From NCBI RefSeq assembly GCF_002945325.1, contig NZ_CP026606.1:1-32000 (forward strand): a stretch of 32,000 bases of DNA, given 5' to 3'. This document shows, piece after piece, positions 18,887 through 27,684 of the stretch. This DNA is from Methanococcus maripaludis. GTDB lineage: Archaea > AGJL01 > Methanococci > Methanococcales > Methanococcaceae. Under the pieces are notes generated by a model. That model ran no database searches. It was not told where the DNA came from and saw nothing but the letters and a program-made list of their open reading frames with translations. The position numbers were made by a program, and so were the translations under genes. Within the stretch, counting starts at the first letter, position 1. Each line of letters opens with the position of its first letter.

Positions 18887-19300
18887 ATGCAAAAAATTAA
18901 GTTGTTTTCTGGAATTTTAGTTACTGTTTTGATATTGATGTCGCTTTGTGCCTGTATTAATTCAAACTACAGCTCTGACGATTTAGATCAAAGGGAAGTG
19001 GTATTAAATGCATTCAATTCCATAATAACGAATTCAGGCGGGAAAATTTTACAAATAAATAATTCTGAAAACACCTGGTCTGAAATAAATGTTACTGTTA
19101 CTGATGGATTTATAGGCTCAGTAGCATTAAATACTAACTGGAATACAGACTGCTACGGTAAATGCATTGTTGAATCAATTAAAAATTCAGGAATGATTGC
19201 AAATAATTCAGTAGTTACGGTAAATTACTATTTAAACAAAAACTTGGTCTCAGTTTATTCTTCGGAAACAGGTCCAAAAGTATATTATAATTTTGAATAA
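18887..19300 (+). CDS. Small lipoprotein of unknown function
   Basis: Signal peptide plus lipobox (LMSLCAC). Asn/Ser-rich mature part. SD GGGGGC lies upstream. No recognisable domain. Confidence 0.45.
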   Translation: MQKIKLFSGILVTVLILMSLCACINSNYSSDDLDQREVVLNAFNSIITNSGGKILQINNSENTWSEINVTVTDGFIGSVALNTNWNTDCYGKCIVESIKNSGMIANNSVVTVNYYLNKNLVSVYSSETGPKVYYNFE

Positions 19301-19350
19301 TTTTTAAAATTTTAAAAAAAAGAATATTGTTATTAAAATGTTTTTTTAAA
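19301..19350. terminator. Convergent terminator region between the lipoprotein gene and purB
   Basis: T5 (19301-19305) and T7 (19341-19347) lie on the plus strand. A8 (19313-19320) gives T8 on the minus strand. Confidence 0.4.
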
Positions 19351-20700
19351 TTATTCCCAATTTTTAGCTTCATTGAGTACATTTTCTACAATTTCTGGAG
19401 CTAATCCAATATATGTTTTATAATCAAACATTTTTTCAATTTCATCAAGTGAAACGTATTTCATAACTTCAGGCTCTTCTAAAAGTACTTCTTTTAAGTG
19501 TCTTCCTTCATCGTGGGCTTTCATTGCACATTTTCTAACAGTTTCGTGACCGGTTTGTCTTCCCATTCCACTGTTTGCTAAAAACATCATTACTCTTTCA
19601 GCCATGATGAGCCCTTTTGTCATTTCAAGGTTTTTATTAACATTTTCAAGATTTACACTTAATTTTCTCATTCCTTTTATTGAAAGATTAATTATGTGGT
19701 CCAAAAGTACGCATGACTCTGGGAACAAGCATCTTTCTGATGATGAATTTGTTAAATCTCGTTCTTCCCAAAGCGGAATGTTGTCGAATTCTGCAAGTGC
19801 ATTTGCTTTTACAATTCTTGAAAGTCCACAAATCTGTTCAAATGTAATTGGATTTCTTTTGTGTGGCATTGTGGATGATCCAGTCTGCTTTGAAGCGTCA
19901 AATTCTTCTTCTAATTCTTTAATTTCGCTTCTCTGCATGCTTCTTACAGTAACTCCTATTTTATTCAAAGTCTGTGCAATTAATGCTAAAGTGGCCATGA
20001 ATTCTCCGTGTCTGTCTCTTTGAACAACCTGGTTTGAAATTAAAACTGGATCAAGTTCTAAAATTTCACCAACTCGTTTGTGGACTAAAATTCCATTTTC
20101 ACCGATTGCAGCCATGGTTCCTACTGCGCCTGTGATCATTGAAACACAGAGTCTTTTTTTAGATGCAGCAAGTCTTTCAATATGTCTTTGGATTTCTGAA
20201 GCCCACAATGCAAATTTCATTCCGTAAGTGGTTGGAACTGCATGCTGTCCGTGTGTTCTTCCAATGCAGACTGTTTTTTTGTGTTCTTCTGCTTTTTTTA
20301 AGAGTTCTCCTCTTAAAATTTTTAATTTACTTTCCAAAACTTCAAAAGCATCTTTAAATTGGAGGGACTGTGCAGTATCAATAATGTCATTTGATGTGGA
20401 ACCAAAGTGGATGTATTCTCCAGCATTTCCTTCGCACTGTTCAGCAAAAGCTTTTACAACTGAAACAACGTCGTGTCGTGTTGCCATTTCAATTTCTTTT
20501 ACTCTTTCAAGTTTTACAAATTCAGTTGATTTTTTCCTGTTTATTTCTTCTGCAGCTTCTTTTGGAATCATTCCAAGTTCTGCTTCTGCTAAAGCAAGGG
20601 CTGCCTCAACTTCTAACATTTTTTGAAGTTTTGTTTCTTCTTCCCATACCTTTTTCATTTCAGGAGTTCCGTATCTAAAGTCGATAGGGTGAATTGCCAT
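19351..20700 (-). CDS. purB: Adenylosuccinate lyase
   Basis: Fumarate-lyase signature GSSTMPHKRNP. 449 aa. N-terminus MAIHPIDFRYGTPEM. Perfect SD AAGGTGAT plus 3 nt. Confidence 0.92.
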   Translation of the reverse strand: MAIHPIDFRYGTPEMKKVWEEETKLQKMLEVEAALALAEAELGMIPKEAAEEINRKKSTEFVKLERVKEIEMATRHDVVSVVKAFAEQCEGNAGEYIHFGSTSNDIIDTAQSLQFKDAFEVLESKLKILRGELLKKAEEHKKTVCIGRTHGQHAVPTTYGMKFALWASEIQRHIERLAASKKRLCVSMITGAVGTMAAIGENGILVHKRVGEILELDPVLISNQVVQRDRHGEFMATLALIAQTLNKIGVTVRSMQRSEIKELEEEFDASKQTGSSTMPHKRNPITFEQICGLSRIVKANALAEFDNIPLWEERDLTNSSSERCLFPESCVLLDHIINLSIKGMRKLSVNLENVNKNLEMTKGLIMAERVMMFLANSGMGRQTGHETVRKCAMKAHDEGRHLKEVLLEEPEVMKYVSLDEIEKMFDYKTYIGLAPEIVENVLNEAKNWE

Positions 20701-20721
20701 GTAATCACCTTTTATAAAAAA

Positions 20722-22443
20722 TTATTTTCTGTTTCGTTCTATTTCGTATATTTTCTTCACATCATCTAAGGTATTAATGTCATTTATAGATTTGTCTTCC
20801 CTTATCTGGACAACTCTTGGAAAACGTAAGGCATAACCCATTTCATATTTTTCAGAAGTCTGAATTTCTTCGTAAGTTACTTCGAGTACTATTTTAGGTT
20901 CTAAAATTACTTCTTCACCCAAATCTTCGATTTTTATTTCATTAACTATTTTTGTGAGTTTTTCAAGGTCGTCTTCGGTAAGTCCGCTTCCAACGTTTCC
21001 GATAACGTGTAAGTTGCTATCATTATCTTTTACGGAGAGTTCATATGAACCATACCAGTCTTTTCTTTTTCCCATTCCAATTTTTGCACGGGTTACAACA
21101 ACATCAAGATTTTCTAACGTTGGTTTAACTTTATACATAGTTTTAACACGGCTTCCGGGAGTATATTGTGCATCGGGGTTTTTAATCATGATGCCTTCAT
21201 GGCCAATGCTTAAACTCCAGTTAAAAAATTCTTTTACAAGATTGGGATCATCACTATTTAATTTAAACGACGAAAATAGCATTTTGTTAGAAAATATCTC
21301 TTTTTTAATTTTTTCTAGTTCACTATCCCAGTTATTTGTTCCAAATAGTTTTTCTAAAATTTCCCGTCTTGTTTTTAGCGGAGTATCGATTAAACCTTTT
21401 TCATAGTATAAAACATCGAAGAAATATATTCTTAAAGCTATTTTTTCGGCCATTTTATCAATATTATATTTTCGCCTGAACCTTCTTAAAATATCTTGGA
21501 AAGGTCTTGGTTTTCCCGAATCTAAATCCATTGCAACGCATTCCCCTTCTAATATGATATTATCAATATCCAGTTTTTTGATTTCTTCAACGAGTTCAGG
21601 AACCGAATTTGTAATATTTTCAAGCCTTCTGCTGTATATTTTTACGCCTCCATTTGATTTATGCACTTGAACTCTTGCACCATCGTATTTAGTTTCAAAT
21701 TGGGGCATTTTAGTCTCAATCATCGCATCTTCAATTGACGGGGTTAGCTGTGCAAGCATCGGTTTTATCGGCCTGAATACTTTTAATTTTAATTCGGGAT
21801 CTTTTTCAATGTTTGAGCCAGAAATTAACTTTTCGCCCAAAAGTCCAATATCGTTTGTAACAGCATATATTTTTTCGACAGATTCCTTATTAACATTAAA
21901 ATAATTTGAAAATGAGGCTAAAATTGTTGGAATGTTCATTCCAATCCGCATATCTTCTAAAATAAGCCTTGAAATGTATCTTGATTCAACAGGGTCTGCT
22001 AAAATTAGTAAATTTGAAATTATTCTTGTTTTCTTTTTTTGTGAGGAATTTCCTTCGATTTCTGAAAGTTTTTTTAATGTGGAGTACACCTCTTCAAGCG
22101 TAAGTGCTTGGCTGAACAATGAAACCTGTTTTATATTTGAACTTAAATTTTCAACAGCAGTTCCAATGTCTCCGGTTTCTTTAATTTTTGATTTTAAATC
22201 TTTTTCAGATATCCCTGTGGTTTTTACTGCTTCAAGCAACAAATTTGGCCCAATTCCAATTTCTTTGTTTTCAAATTCTGCAAAAACCCTTCCAATCGTG
22301 ATTTGTGACACTTGTTTTAAATTTTCCGGTTTTTCATTATTTTTGATAAAATCGATTAATTCTACAAAATAGTCTGTTTTTTCAAGTCTTTTCGTAGTTT
22401 TTTCAATTTTATCAAGAATTTTACAAAAATCACTAAAAAGCAT
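20722..22443 (-). CDS. lig: ATP-dependent DNA ligase
   Basis: Adenylation motif I KYDGARVQVH, and motifs EGIMIK and YKVKP. 573 aa is typical of archaeal Lig. Confidence 0.92.
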   Translation of the reverse strand: MLFSDFCKILDKIEKTTKRLEKTDYFVELIDFIKNNEKPENLKQVSQITIGRVFAEFENKEIGIGPNLLLEAVKTTGISEKDLKSKIKETGDIGTAVENLSSNIKQVSLFSQALTLEEVYSTLKKLSEIEGNSSQKKKTRIISNLLILADPVESRYISRLILEDMRIGMNIPTILASFSNYFNVNKESVEKIYAVTNDIGLLGEKLISGSNIEKDPELKLKVFRPIKPMLAQLTPSIEDAMIETKMPQFETKYDGARVQVHKSNGGVKIYSRRLENITNSVPELVEEIKKLDIDNIILEGECVAMDLDSGKPRPFQDILRRFRRKYNIDKMAEKIALRIYFFDVLYYEKGLIDTPLKTRREILEKLFGTNNWDSELEKIKKEIFSNKMLFSSFKLNSDDPNLVKEFFNWSLSIGHEGIMIKNPDAQYTPGSRVKTMYKVKPTLENLDVVVTRAKIGMGKRKDWYGSYELSVKDNDSNLHVIGNVGSGLTEDDLEKLTKIVNEIKIEDLGEEVILEPKIVLEVTYEEIQTSEKYEMGYALRFPRVVQIREDKSINDINTLDDVKKIYEIERNRK

Positions 22444-22471
22444 TATTACACCTTAAAAATAAAAAAGTAAA

Positions 22472-22888
22472 TTATTTTAAATCGACTTCAATAATTATCC
22501 CATCTTCAGATTCTAAAGGTTCTGTTTCTTGTGAATTTTCCGTTTTTTCAGGATTTTTCGAAGGTTCTTCTTCAGAATCTTTAGATTCATCTGAATCGTT
22601 TAAATATTTTTCCATATTCATTACATAATTTAAAGACTCATTAAAATCATCAACTGATCGGGATACAGTTTCAATGGCGTTTTCTTCTGAATTATTTCCT
22701 GAAAGACTTTCCGTATTATTCACAACCTTTTCTGAAAGTTCTAATGTGGATTCTGCATAGTCAAAGTAAGTTTCAGTAAATGAATCTGTGGTATCCAGCA
22801 GTTTTGAGTCATTAATTGTCTTCATTCCGACCATCAAAATCATCAAGACCGCAAAAAGCGATATAAGTAATTTCAGCTGCTGCATCAT
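22472..22888 (-). CDS. Membrane-anchored acidic protein, unknown function
   Basis: One N-terminal TM segment (LLISLFAVLMILMVG), then a Glu/Asp/Ser-rich tail. ATG 22888 follows the GTGA-like SD; the track start is GTG 22897. Confidence 0.4.
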   Translation of the reverse strand: MMQQLKLLISLFAVLMILMVGMKTINDSKLLDTTDSFTETYFDYAESTLELSEKVVNNTESLSGNNSEENAIETVSRSVDDFNESLNYVMNMEKYLNDSDESKDSEEEPSKNPEKTENSQETEPLESEDGIIIEVDLK

Positions 22889-22921
22889 GTTTTTCACGAC
22901 AGTACTGATTTTTAATATTTT

Positions 22922-24196
22922 TTAATTTAATCTTCTTTTAACTGCTTCAGAATGGTTAAATAATCCTTCAGCTTCTGCAAGTGTAGTTACAATGTCACTA
23001 ATTCCTAAAAGTCCTTCTTTTGTCAATTCTTGAACTGTTGGCTTTTTAATAAATGTTTCAACGCTGAGTCCAGAATACATTTTTGCACAGGCGGATGTTG
23101 GAAGAACGTGGTTAGTACCGCTTGCATAGTCTCCAACAGGAACGGGTGCGTAATTTCCTAAAAAGATGCTTCCTGCATTTTCAATGGATTTTAAAACTTC
23201 TCTAGGATTTTTCGTCATTATTTCCAAGTGTTCTGGCGCGTAGCTGTTTGAAAGTTCAATACACTCCTCAATTGAGCCGATAACGATTGCAGAATTTAAA
23301 ATCGATTTTTCAATAATTTCGGTTCTTTTAGCAGTTTTTATTTCCATCAAAATTCTTTCTTTGATTTTTTCTGCTTTTTCTTCGGAAGTGACGGTAATTA
23401 TACATGAAGCGTTAGGATCGTGCTCAGCCTGTGCTAAAAAGTCCATTGCAACGTATTCTTCATTTGATGATTCATCACACATAATAAGAACTTCGGAAGG
23501 CCCTGCTGGAAAATCAATTGAAACTTCACCGTAAACTAACTTTTTAGCGGCAGTTACAAAGATATTTCCAGGCCCTACAATAATATCGACTTTTGGAATA
23601 GATTTAGTACCGTATGCAAGAGCTCCAATTGCTTGTGCTCCTCCGATTTTGTATATTCCATCAGCTTTTGCAATGTCTGAGGCAACAAGTGTTGCAGGGT
23701 TTCCTTCGGTTCCGTTTGGAGGGGATGTTACAATTACTTCTTTTACGCCAGCTACTTTTGCAGGAGTTACAGTCATTAAAACTGTTGAAGGGTAAAATGC
23801 CCGTCCTCCTGGAACATAACATCCAGCTTTTTCAACAGGTCTTATGATCTGTCCAGCTTTAATTCCTTTTTTTTCAATTTCCCATTCGTTTAAATTTTTA
23901 AACTGGATTTCGTGAAATTCTTTAATATTTTCGTAAGCTTTTTCAAGAGATTCCACTACTTTTGAATCGATTTTGTCGTATGCTTTATCAATTTCTTCAG
24001 AAGATACCTTAAAATTATCAAGGTTTACGCCATCGAATTTTTTAGTATATTCTTTTAAGGCATTATCTCCATTTTTTTGAACATTTTCTAAAATTTCGCT
24101 TACTGTTGGTAAAATTCCAGAAATATTTGTCTTATTCCTGTTAAGTATAATATCAAGTTCTTTTTCGTTTAATTTTGATATTTTTTTGACAATCAT
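22922..24196 (-). CDS. hisD: Histidinol dehydrogenase
   Basis: AQAEHDPNA and other HisD motifs; ~425 aa. SD GGTGTG plus 4 nt favours ATG 24196 (MIVKKISKL). The track start 24217 overlaps the cgi121 stop. Confidence 0.9.
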   Translation of the reverse strand: MIVKKISKLNEKELDIILNRNKTNISGILPTVSEILENVQKNGDNALKEYTKKFDGVNLDNFKVSSEEIDKAYDKIDSKVVESLEKAYENIKEFHEIQFKNLNEWEIEKKGIKAGQIIRPVEKAGCYVPGGRAFYPSTVLMTVTPAKVAGVKEVIVTSPPNGTEGNPATLVASDIAKADGIYKIGGAQAIGALAYGTKSIPKVDIIVGPGNIFVTAAKKLVYGEVSIDFPAGPSEVLIMCDESSNEEYVAMDFLAQAEHDPNASCIITVTSEEKAEKIKERILMEIKTAKRTEIIEKSILNSAIVIGSIEECIELSNSYAPEHLEIMTKNPREVLKSIENAGSIFLGNYAPVPVGDYASGTNHVLPTSACAKMYSGLSVETFIKKPTVQELTKEGLLGISDIVTTLAEAEGLFNHSEAVKRRLN

Positions 24197-24213
24197 AATC
24201 CACACCAACCAAA

Positions 24214-24645
24214 TCATAGAACCTCGATAAGAGCAATTTTTTCACAAACTCTTTCAATTAGGTTTCCGTGAAGGTTAATTTCAAAAACTTCCCTTATCTT
24301 TTTTTCTTTTTCGCTATTTAATTCAAGAACGCTGTCATCAATGCATCCTTTTACCGTATTTTTTATTTTTTCAAACGTTTTTTCATCTTCGCATACAACG
24401 CAGATGTTTCCTTTTTTTGCACCAAGTATTTTTATCGCATTTGAAATTTGCTTTTGCCCTGATGCACGAAGTAGTATTTCCATCCAGATGTTTTTTGAGA
24501 TATTGTGTTTTGTTTTTGCCTGGTATATACTGTGCAAAATATGTGTTTTTGTAGCTACTCTATCTGCATTTAATATCTGGAAGTTAAGCCCCATTTTAAA
24601 GATTTCGTCGGGAACTTCTGCATCCTTGATGCCTTTTATTATCAT
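24214..24645 (-). CDS. cgi121: KEOPS complex subunit Cgi121
   Basis: 143 aa. Closely resembles my recollection of M. jannaschii Cgi121: MII.GI...LNFQILNADRVATK.H.LH...QAKTK, LLRASGQKQI..AIK.LGAK.GN. Confidence 0.7.
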   Translation of the reverse strand: MIIKGIKDAEVPDEIFKMGLNFQILNADRVATKTHILHSIYQAKTKHNISKNIWMEILLRASGQKQISNAIKILGAKKGNICVVCEDEKTFEKIKNTVKGCIDDSVLELNSEKEKKIREVFEINLHGNLIERVCEKIALIEVL

Positions 24646-24793
24646 ATTTTCGCTCTTATTTTGTATTAAGGACGTTTAAAATTAGACTTAATACCAATCA
24701 AATTAATCATGATATATTTTAATATACCTTGATATTTCCTTTTATAAGTATTTATTTTAAAATCGGTTTCCCTAAATTAATATTTGGAAGTGT

Positions 24794-24815
24794 TTACCAA
24801 CAAATTACCAACAAA
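24794..24815 (+). repeat. Perfect tandem direct repeat, 2 x 11 bp (TTACCAACAAA)
   Basis: Units at 24794-24804 and 24805-24815 are identical. The repeat ends 8 nt upstream of the cobA TATA box. Confidence 0.9.
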
Positions 24816-24822
24816 TATCAAA

Positions 24823-24836
24823 TTTTATATATAAAA
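24823..24836 (+). promoter_or_regulatory. Candidate TATA box for cobA
   Basis: TTTTATATATAAAA lies ~70 nt upstream of ATG 24902. SD-like AAAGGGAAAA precedes the start. Confidence 0.45.
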
Positions 24837-24901
24837 TTGAACTTAAATCTCATCTATTGTATATTCATGTATTTTGTAAAATTTAGAGAAAAGGGAAAAT
24901 T

Positions 24902-25621
24902 ATGAAAGTTATTTTAGTTGGTGCAGGCCCTGGTGACGAGGGATTAATCACATTAAAAGGTGTAGAAGCAATAAAAAATGCAGATGTAATAGTTTATGAT
25001 GATTTAATCGGGGAAAAACTTTTAAAATATGCTAAAACGGGTTCTGAACTCATCTATGTTGGAAAAAGAAAAGGTAAACATTCATACAAACAGGAAGAAA
25101 TAAACGAAATATTGATTGATAAAGCAAAAGAAAATAAAAATGTTGTACGGCTTAAGGGTGGAGATTCTTTTGTATTTGGCAGAGGTGGAGAAGAAGTTCT
25201 TGCTTTAAAAAAAGAAGGAATAGAATATGAAATGATACCAGGAATTACTTCTTCAATTTCAGTTCCAGAAATTTTTGGAATTCCTGTAACTCACAGAAAA
25301 GTTGCAACATCATTTACTGTTGTAACTGGCCATGAAGCAGGAGACAAGACCGAAAAAGAAATGCAGGTAAAACTAAGCGAATTAAATGCAGACACAATAG
25401 TAATATTGATGGGAATTACAACTCTTGAAAAGCACGTAAAAGAACTGTTGAAAAATCCAAAAAGAAATGAAAATACGCCTGTTGCAATTTTAATGGATGG
25501 AACGAGAGAAAATCAAAGAATTGTTAAAGGAAATTTATCAAATATTGTTGAAAAGGCAAAATTGGAAAATGTATGCCCTCCCGGAATTATTATCGTTGGA
25601 AATGTTGTAGATGTACTTTAA
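24902..25621 (+). CDS. cobA: Uroporphyrinogen-III C-methyltransferase (SUMT)
   Basis: VGAGPGD, VIVYDDL and LKGGDSFVFGRGGEE motifs of the tetrapyrrole methylase family. 239 aa. Confidence 0.88.
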   Translation: MKVILVGAGPGDEGLITLKGVEAIKNADVIVYDDLIGEKLLKYAKTGSELIYVGKRKGKHSYKQEEINEILIDKAKENKNVVRLKGGDSFVFGRGGEEVLALKKEGIEYEMIPGITSSISVPEIFGIPVTHRKVATSFTVVTGHEAGDKTEKEMQVKLSELNADTIVILMGITTLEKHVKELLKNPKRNENTPVAILMDGTRENQRIVKGNLSNIVEKAKLENVCPPGIIIVGNVVDVL

Positions 25622-25707
25622 AATAATAAAAACTTATAAAAAGTAATACGATATATGGGATTTAAAGGATGATAAATTGTAAAGTATCCGCACAAAATGG
25701 TGAAAAT

Positions 25708-26286
25708 TTGAATGAAGACTACCAAAAAACAATTGAATTTCACGGCCATGAATGCCCAGGTGTTACAATCGGTTACAGGGTTTCAAAATATGTGTTAGAT
25801 CACTACGAAAGATCTGAAGATGAACAGCTTGTTGCAATAGTTGAAAATAACTCCTGTAGTATTGATGGAATACAGCAGATGCTTGGATGCACATTTGGAA
25901 AAGGAAATCTGAAATTTAAAGACAACGGAAAGCACGTTTACACATTTTACTCAAGAGATAACGATAAAGCTCTCAGAATTTATTTAAAATACAATCTTGC
26001 AGAGAAGGTAGGAAACTTCAACAAAAAGTTCAATGAAGGAACTTTAACTGCAGAAGACGAGAAACAGATGTTTGAAAGAAGAAAAGAAGCTGTTAAACAT
26101 CTTATGGAAGCTCCTGAAGAAGAATTATTCGATGTACAATGGGTAGAAATTGAAGAACCTAAAAAAGCAAGACTTTATCCATCACTTACTTGCGAAAACT
26201 GTGGAGAAACATTTATGGAAATTAAGGGAAGAACTATTGATGGTAAAATAGTCTGTAAAGAATGTTTCCAAAAATTAGTTCATTAA
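25708..26286 (+). CDS. FmdE/FwdE-family protein with a C-terminal zinc ribbon
   Basis: FHGHECPGVTIGYR motif and a C-terminal CENCGE...CKEC. The start is uncertain: ATG 25669 (track) has no spaced SD, while TTG 25708 follows GGTGAA plus AAT. Confidence 0.7.
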   Translation: MNEDYQKTIEFHGHECPGVTIGYRVSKYVLDHYERSEDEQLVAIVENNSCSIDGIQQMLGCTFGKGNLKFKDNGKHVYTFYSRDNDKALRIYLKYNLAEKVGNFNKKFNEGTLTAEDEKQMFERRKEAVKHLMEAPEEELFDVQWVEIEEPKKARLYPSLTCENCGETFMEIKGRTIDGKIVCKECFQKLVH

Positions 26287-26334
26287 CTAAATTATTTTTC
26301 TTTTTTTAATCTAAAATTTTAAAATTCAGAAAAG

Positions 26335-26592
26335 TTATAAGACGTTTTGTTTTACGTAAATATAGGCCAAAATTAAAATAACAAGAAACAACGGGAATAT
26401 ATAATTTATAATAATTTTATTTTCAATGCTTTTTAATCTTTTTTTCTTTGAAATTATTTTTTTGTTCAGGTATCGAATTGATTCCGAACGGGACATCGTG
26501 GTTTCATCAGAATATCCTATTTTTTTGTTGATTTCTTCTTTTAGCTCCCCTATTTCCCCTTTAATTTTAAAATACTCCGAAATAGTACCCAT
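26335..26592 (-). CDS. Small tail-anchored membrane protein, unknown function
   Basis: 85 aa with a charged coiled-coil-like N-terminal part and a C-terminal TM segment (IFPLFLVILILAYIYV). Strong SD AGGTGGT lies 5 nt before the ATG, with a TATA-like CACTATATAG upstream. Confidence 0.5.
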   Translation of the reverse strand: MGTISEYFKIKGEIGELKEEINKKIGYSDETTMSRSESIRYLNKKIISKKKRLKSIENKIIINYIFPLFLVILILAYIYVKQNVL

Positions 26593-26717
26593 AATACCAC
26601 CTGTATGTAATAGTAGCTATATAGTGTTTTAAAATATTAATACTTTTCAGATGAGTTAATAGGTTTAATAATTTTTTAAATATGGTATTTTTCAAAAAAT
26701 AAAAAAAGAGTTTTCAA

Positions 26718-27437
26718 TTATTCGCGATTTAAGTACTCGTATGTAAATGCGGCAACTATTGCTCCAAGAATCGGGCCGATAATATATATCGGGAAGTAGT
26801 ACCACAGATTTAACCCGTAAATACTATCTATCAAATACGGCCCAAAAGTCCTTGCAGGGTTTAGTGAGGCTCCCGCAATATTTCCAGTAGTCGTAATTAT
26901 TGCACCAACTGTCAAACCGATAACCAGTCCTGCAAAGCCATCGGGAGCACGTTTATCCACCGCAACACCCATTATAACGAACATTAGTAGGAATGTTCCA
27001 ATAAATTCTGCGAGTATTGCCTGGAAATAGCTTATTCCTGCAAATGGTGCAGTAGCCCCAAGTCCCCCAACTGTTACAGAATCAATTCCAATGCATGCAA
27101 AGAACAGTAGAGAACCAATTGCAGCACCGATTAACTGGGCGATAATATATAGAACTGTATCTTTTGTGGGGAATTTTTTAACGGCCCATAGTCCAATTGT
27201 AACTGCAGGATTAATATGGGCTCCAGAAATACGTCCCATTGTATAAATTACTGCAGCAATAGCGATTGCAAATGAAAATCCAATTGCAAACCAGTCTCCA
27301 AGTCCACCCAATAATCCAATTCCTGCAGTTCCGGTATTATTTGCAATCATTAAAGTCATTGCAGCAGCACCTGGACCAAAAAATACTAAAATACCAGTTC
27401 CAAGGCATTCTGCAATTAATTTTTTAAGCATGCTCAT
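26718..27437 (-). CDS. aqpM: MIP-family channel, archaeal aquaporin AqpM type
   Basis: Two NPA boxes (SGAHINPAVT, GASLNPARTFGP) and six hydrophobic segments. 239 aa. Confidence 0.9.
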   Translation of the reverse strand: MSMLKKLIAECLGTGILVFFGPGAAAMTLMIANNTGTAGIGLLGGLGDWFAIGFSFAIAIAAVIYTMGRISGAHINPAVTIGLWAVKKFPTKDTVLYIIAQLIGAAIGSLLFFACIGIDSVTVGGLGATAPFAGISYFQAILAEFIGTFLLMFVIMGVAVDKRAPDGFAGLVIGLTVGAIITTTGNIAGASLNPARTFGPYLIDSIYGLNLWYYFPIYIIGPILGAIVAAFTYEYLNRE

Positions 27438-27649
27438 TTTTTACCCCCCATAAGTGCATTATAGCAGGGTTTGCAGAGCATTCTTGGAATTGTCTTTTTT
27501 AATTTCGTGGCTGGAAATGGGTATCCTCCTTCCCAGTGGTCGATTTCTTCACGTACTACGTGGTCCATACAAACGCCCATTCCACAAACTATGCACGAAG
27601 CTACTGCATCGGTATCTTTTCCTTCTAATTTACAGAGATAACACTTCAT
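27434..27649 (-). CDS. Small Cys-rich zinc-ribbon protein (I recall this as DUF2180-like; unverified)
   Basis: 71 aa. Motifs CYLC..x13..CIVCGMGVCMDH and a C-terminal CKPC. Strong SD GGAGGGGT. Its stop overlaps the aqpM start (ATGA at 27437-27434). Confidence 0.6.
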   Translation of the reverse strand: MKCYLCKLEGKDTDAVASCIVCGMGVCMDHVVREEIDHWEGGYPFPATKLKKTIPRMLCKPCYNALMGGKK

Positions 27650-27684
27650 TTTACCCCTCCGTTAAAAATGAAAATAGTTATGAA

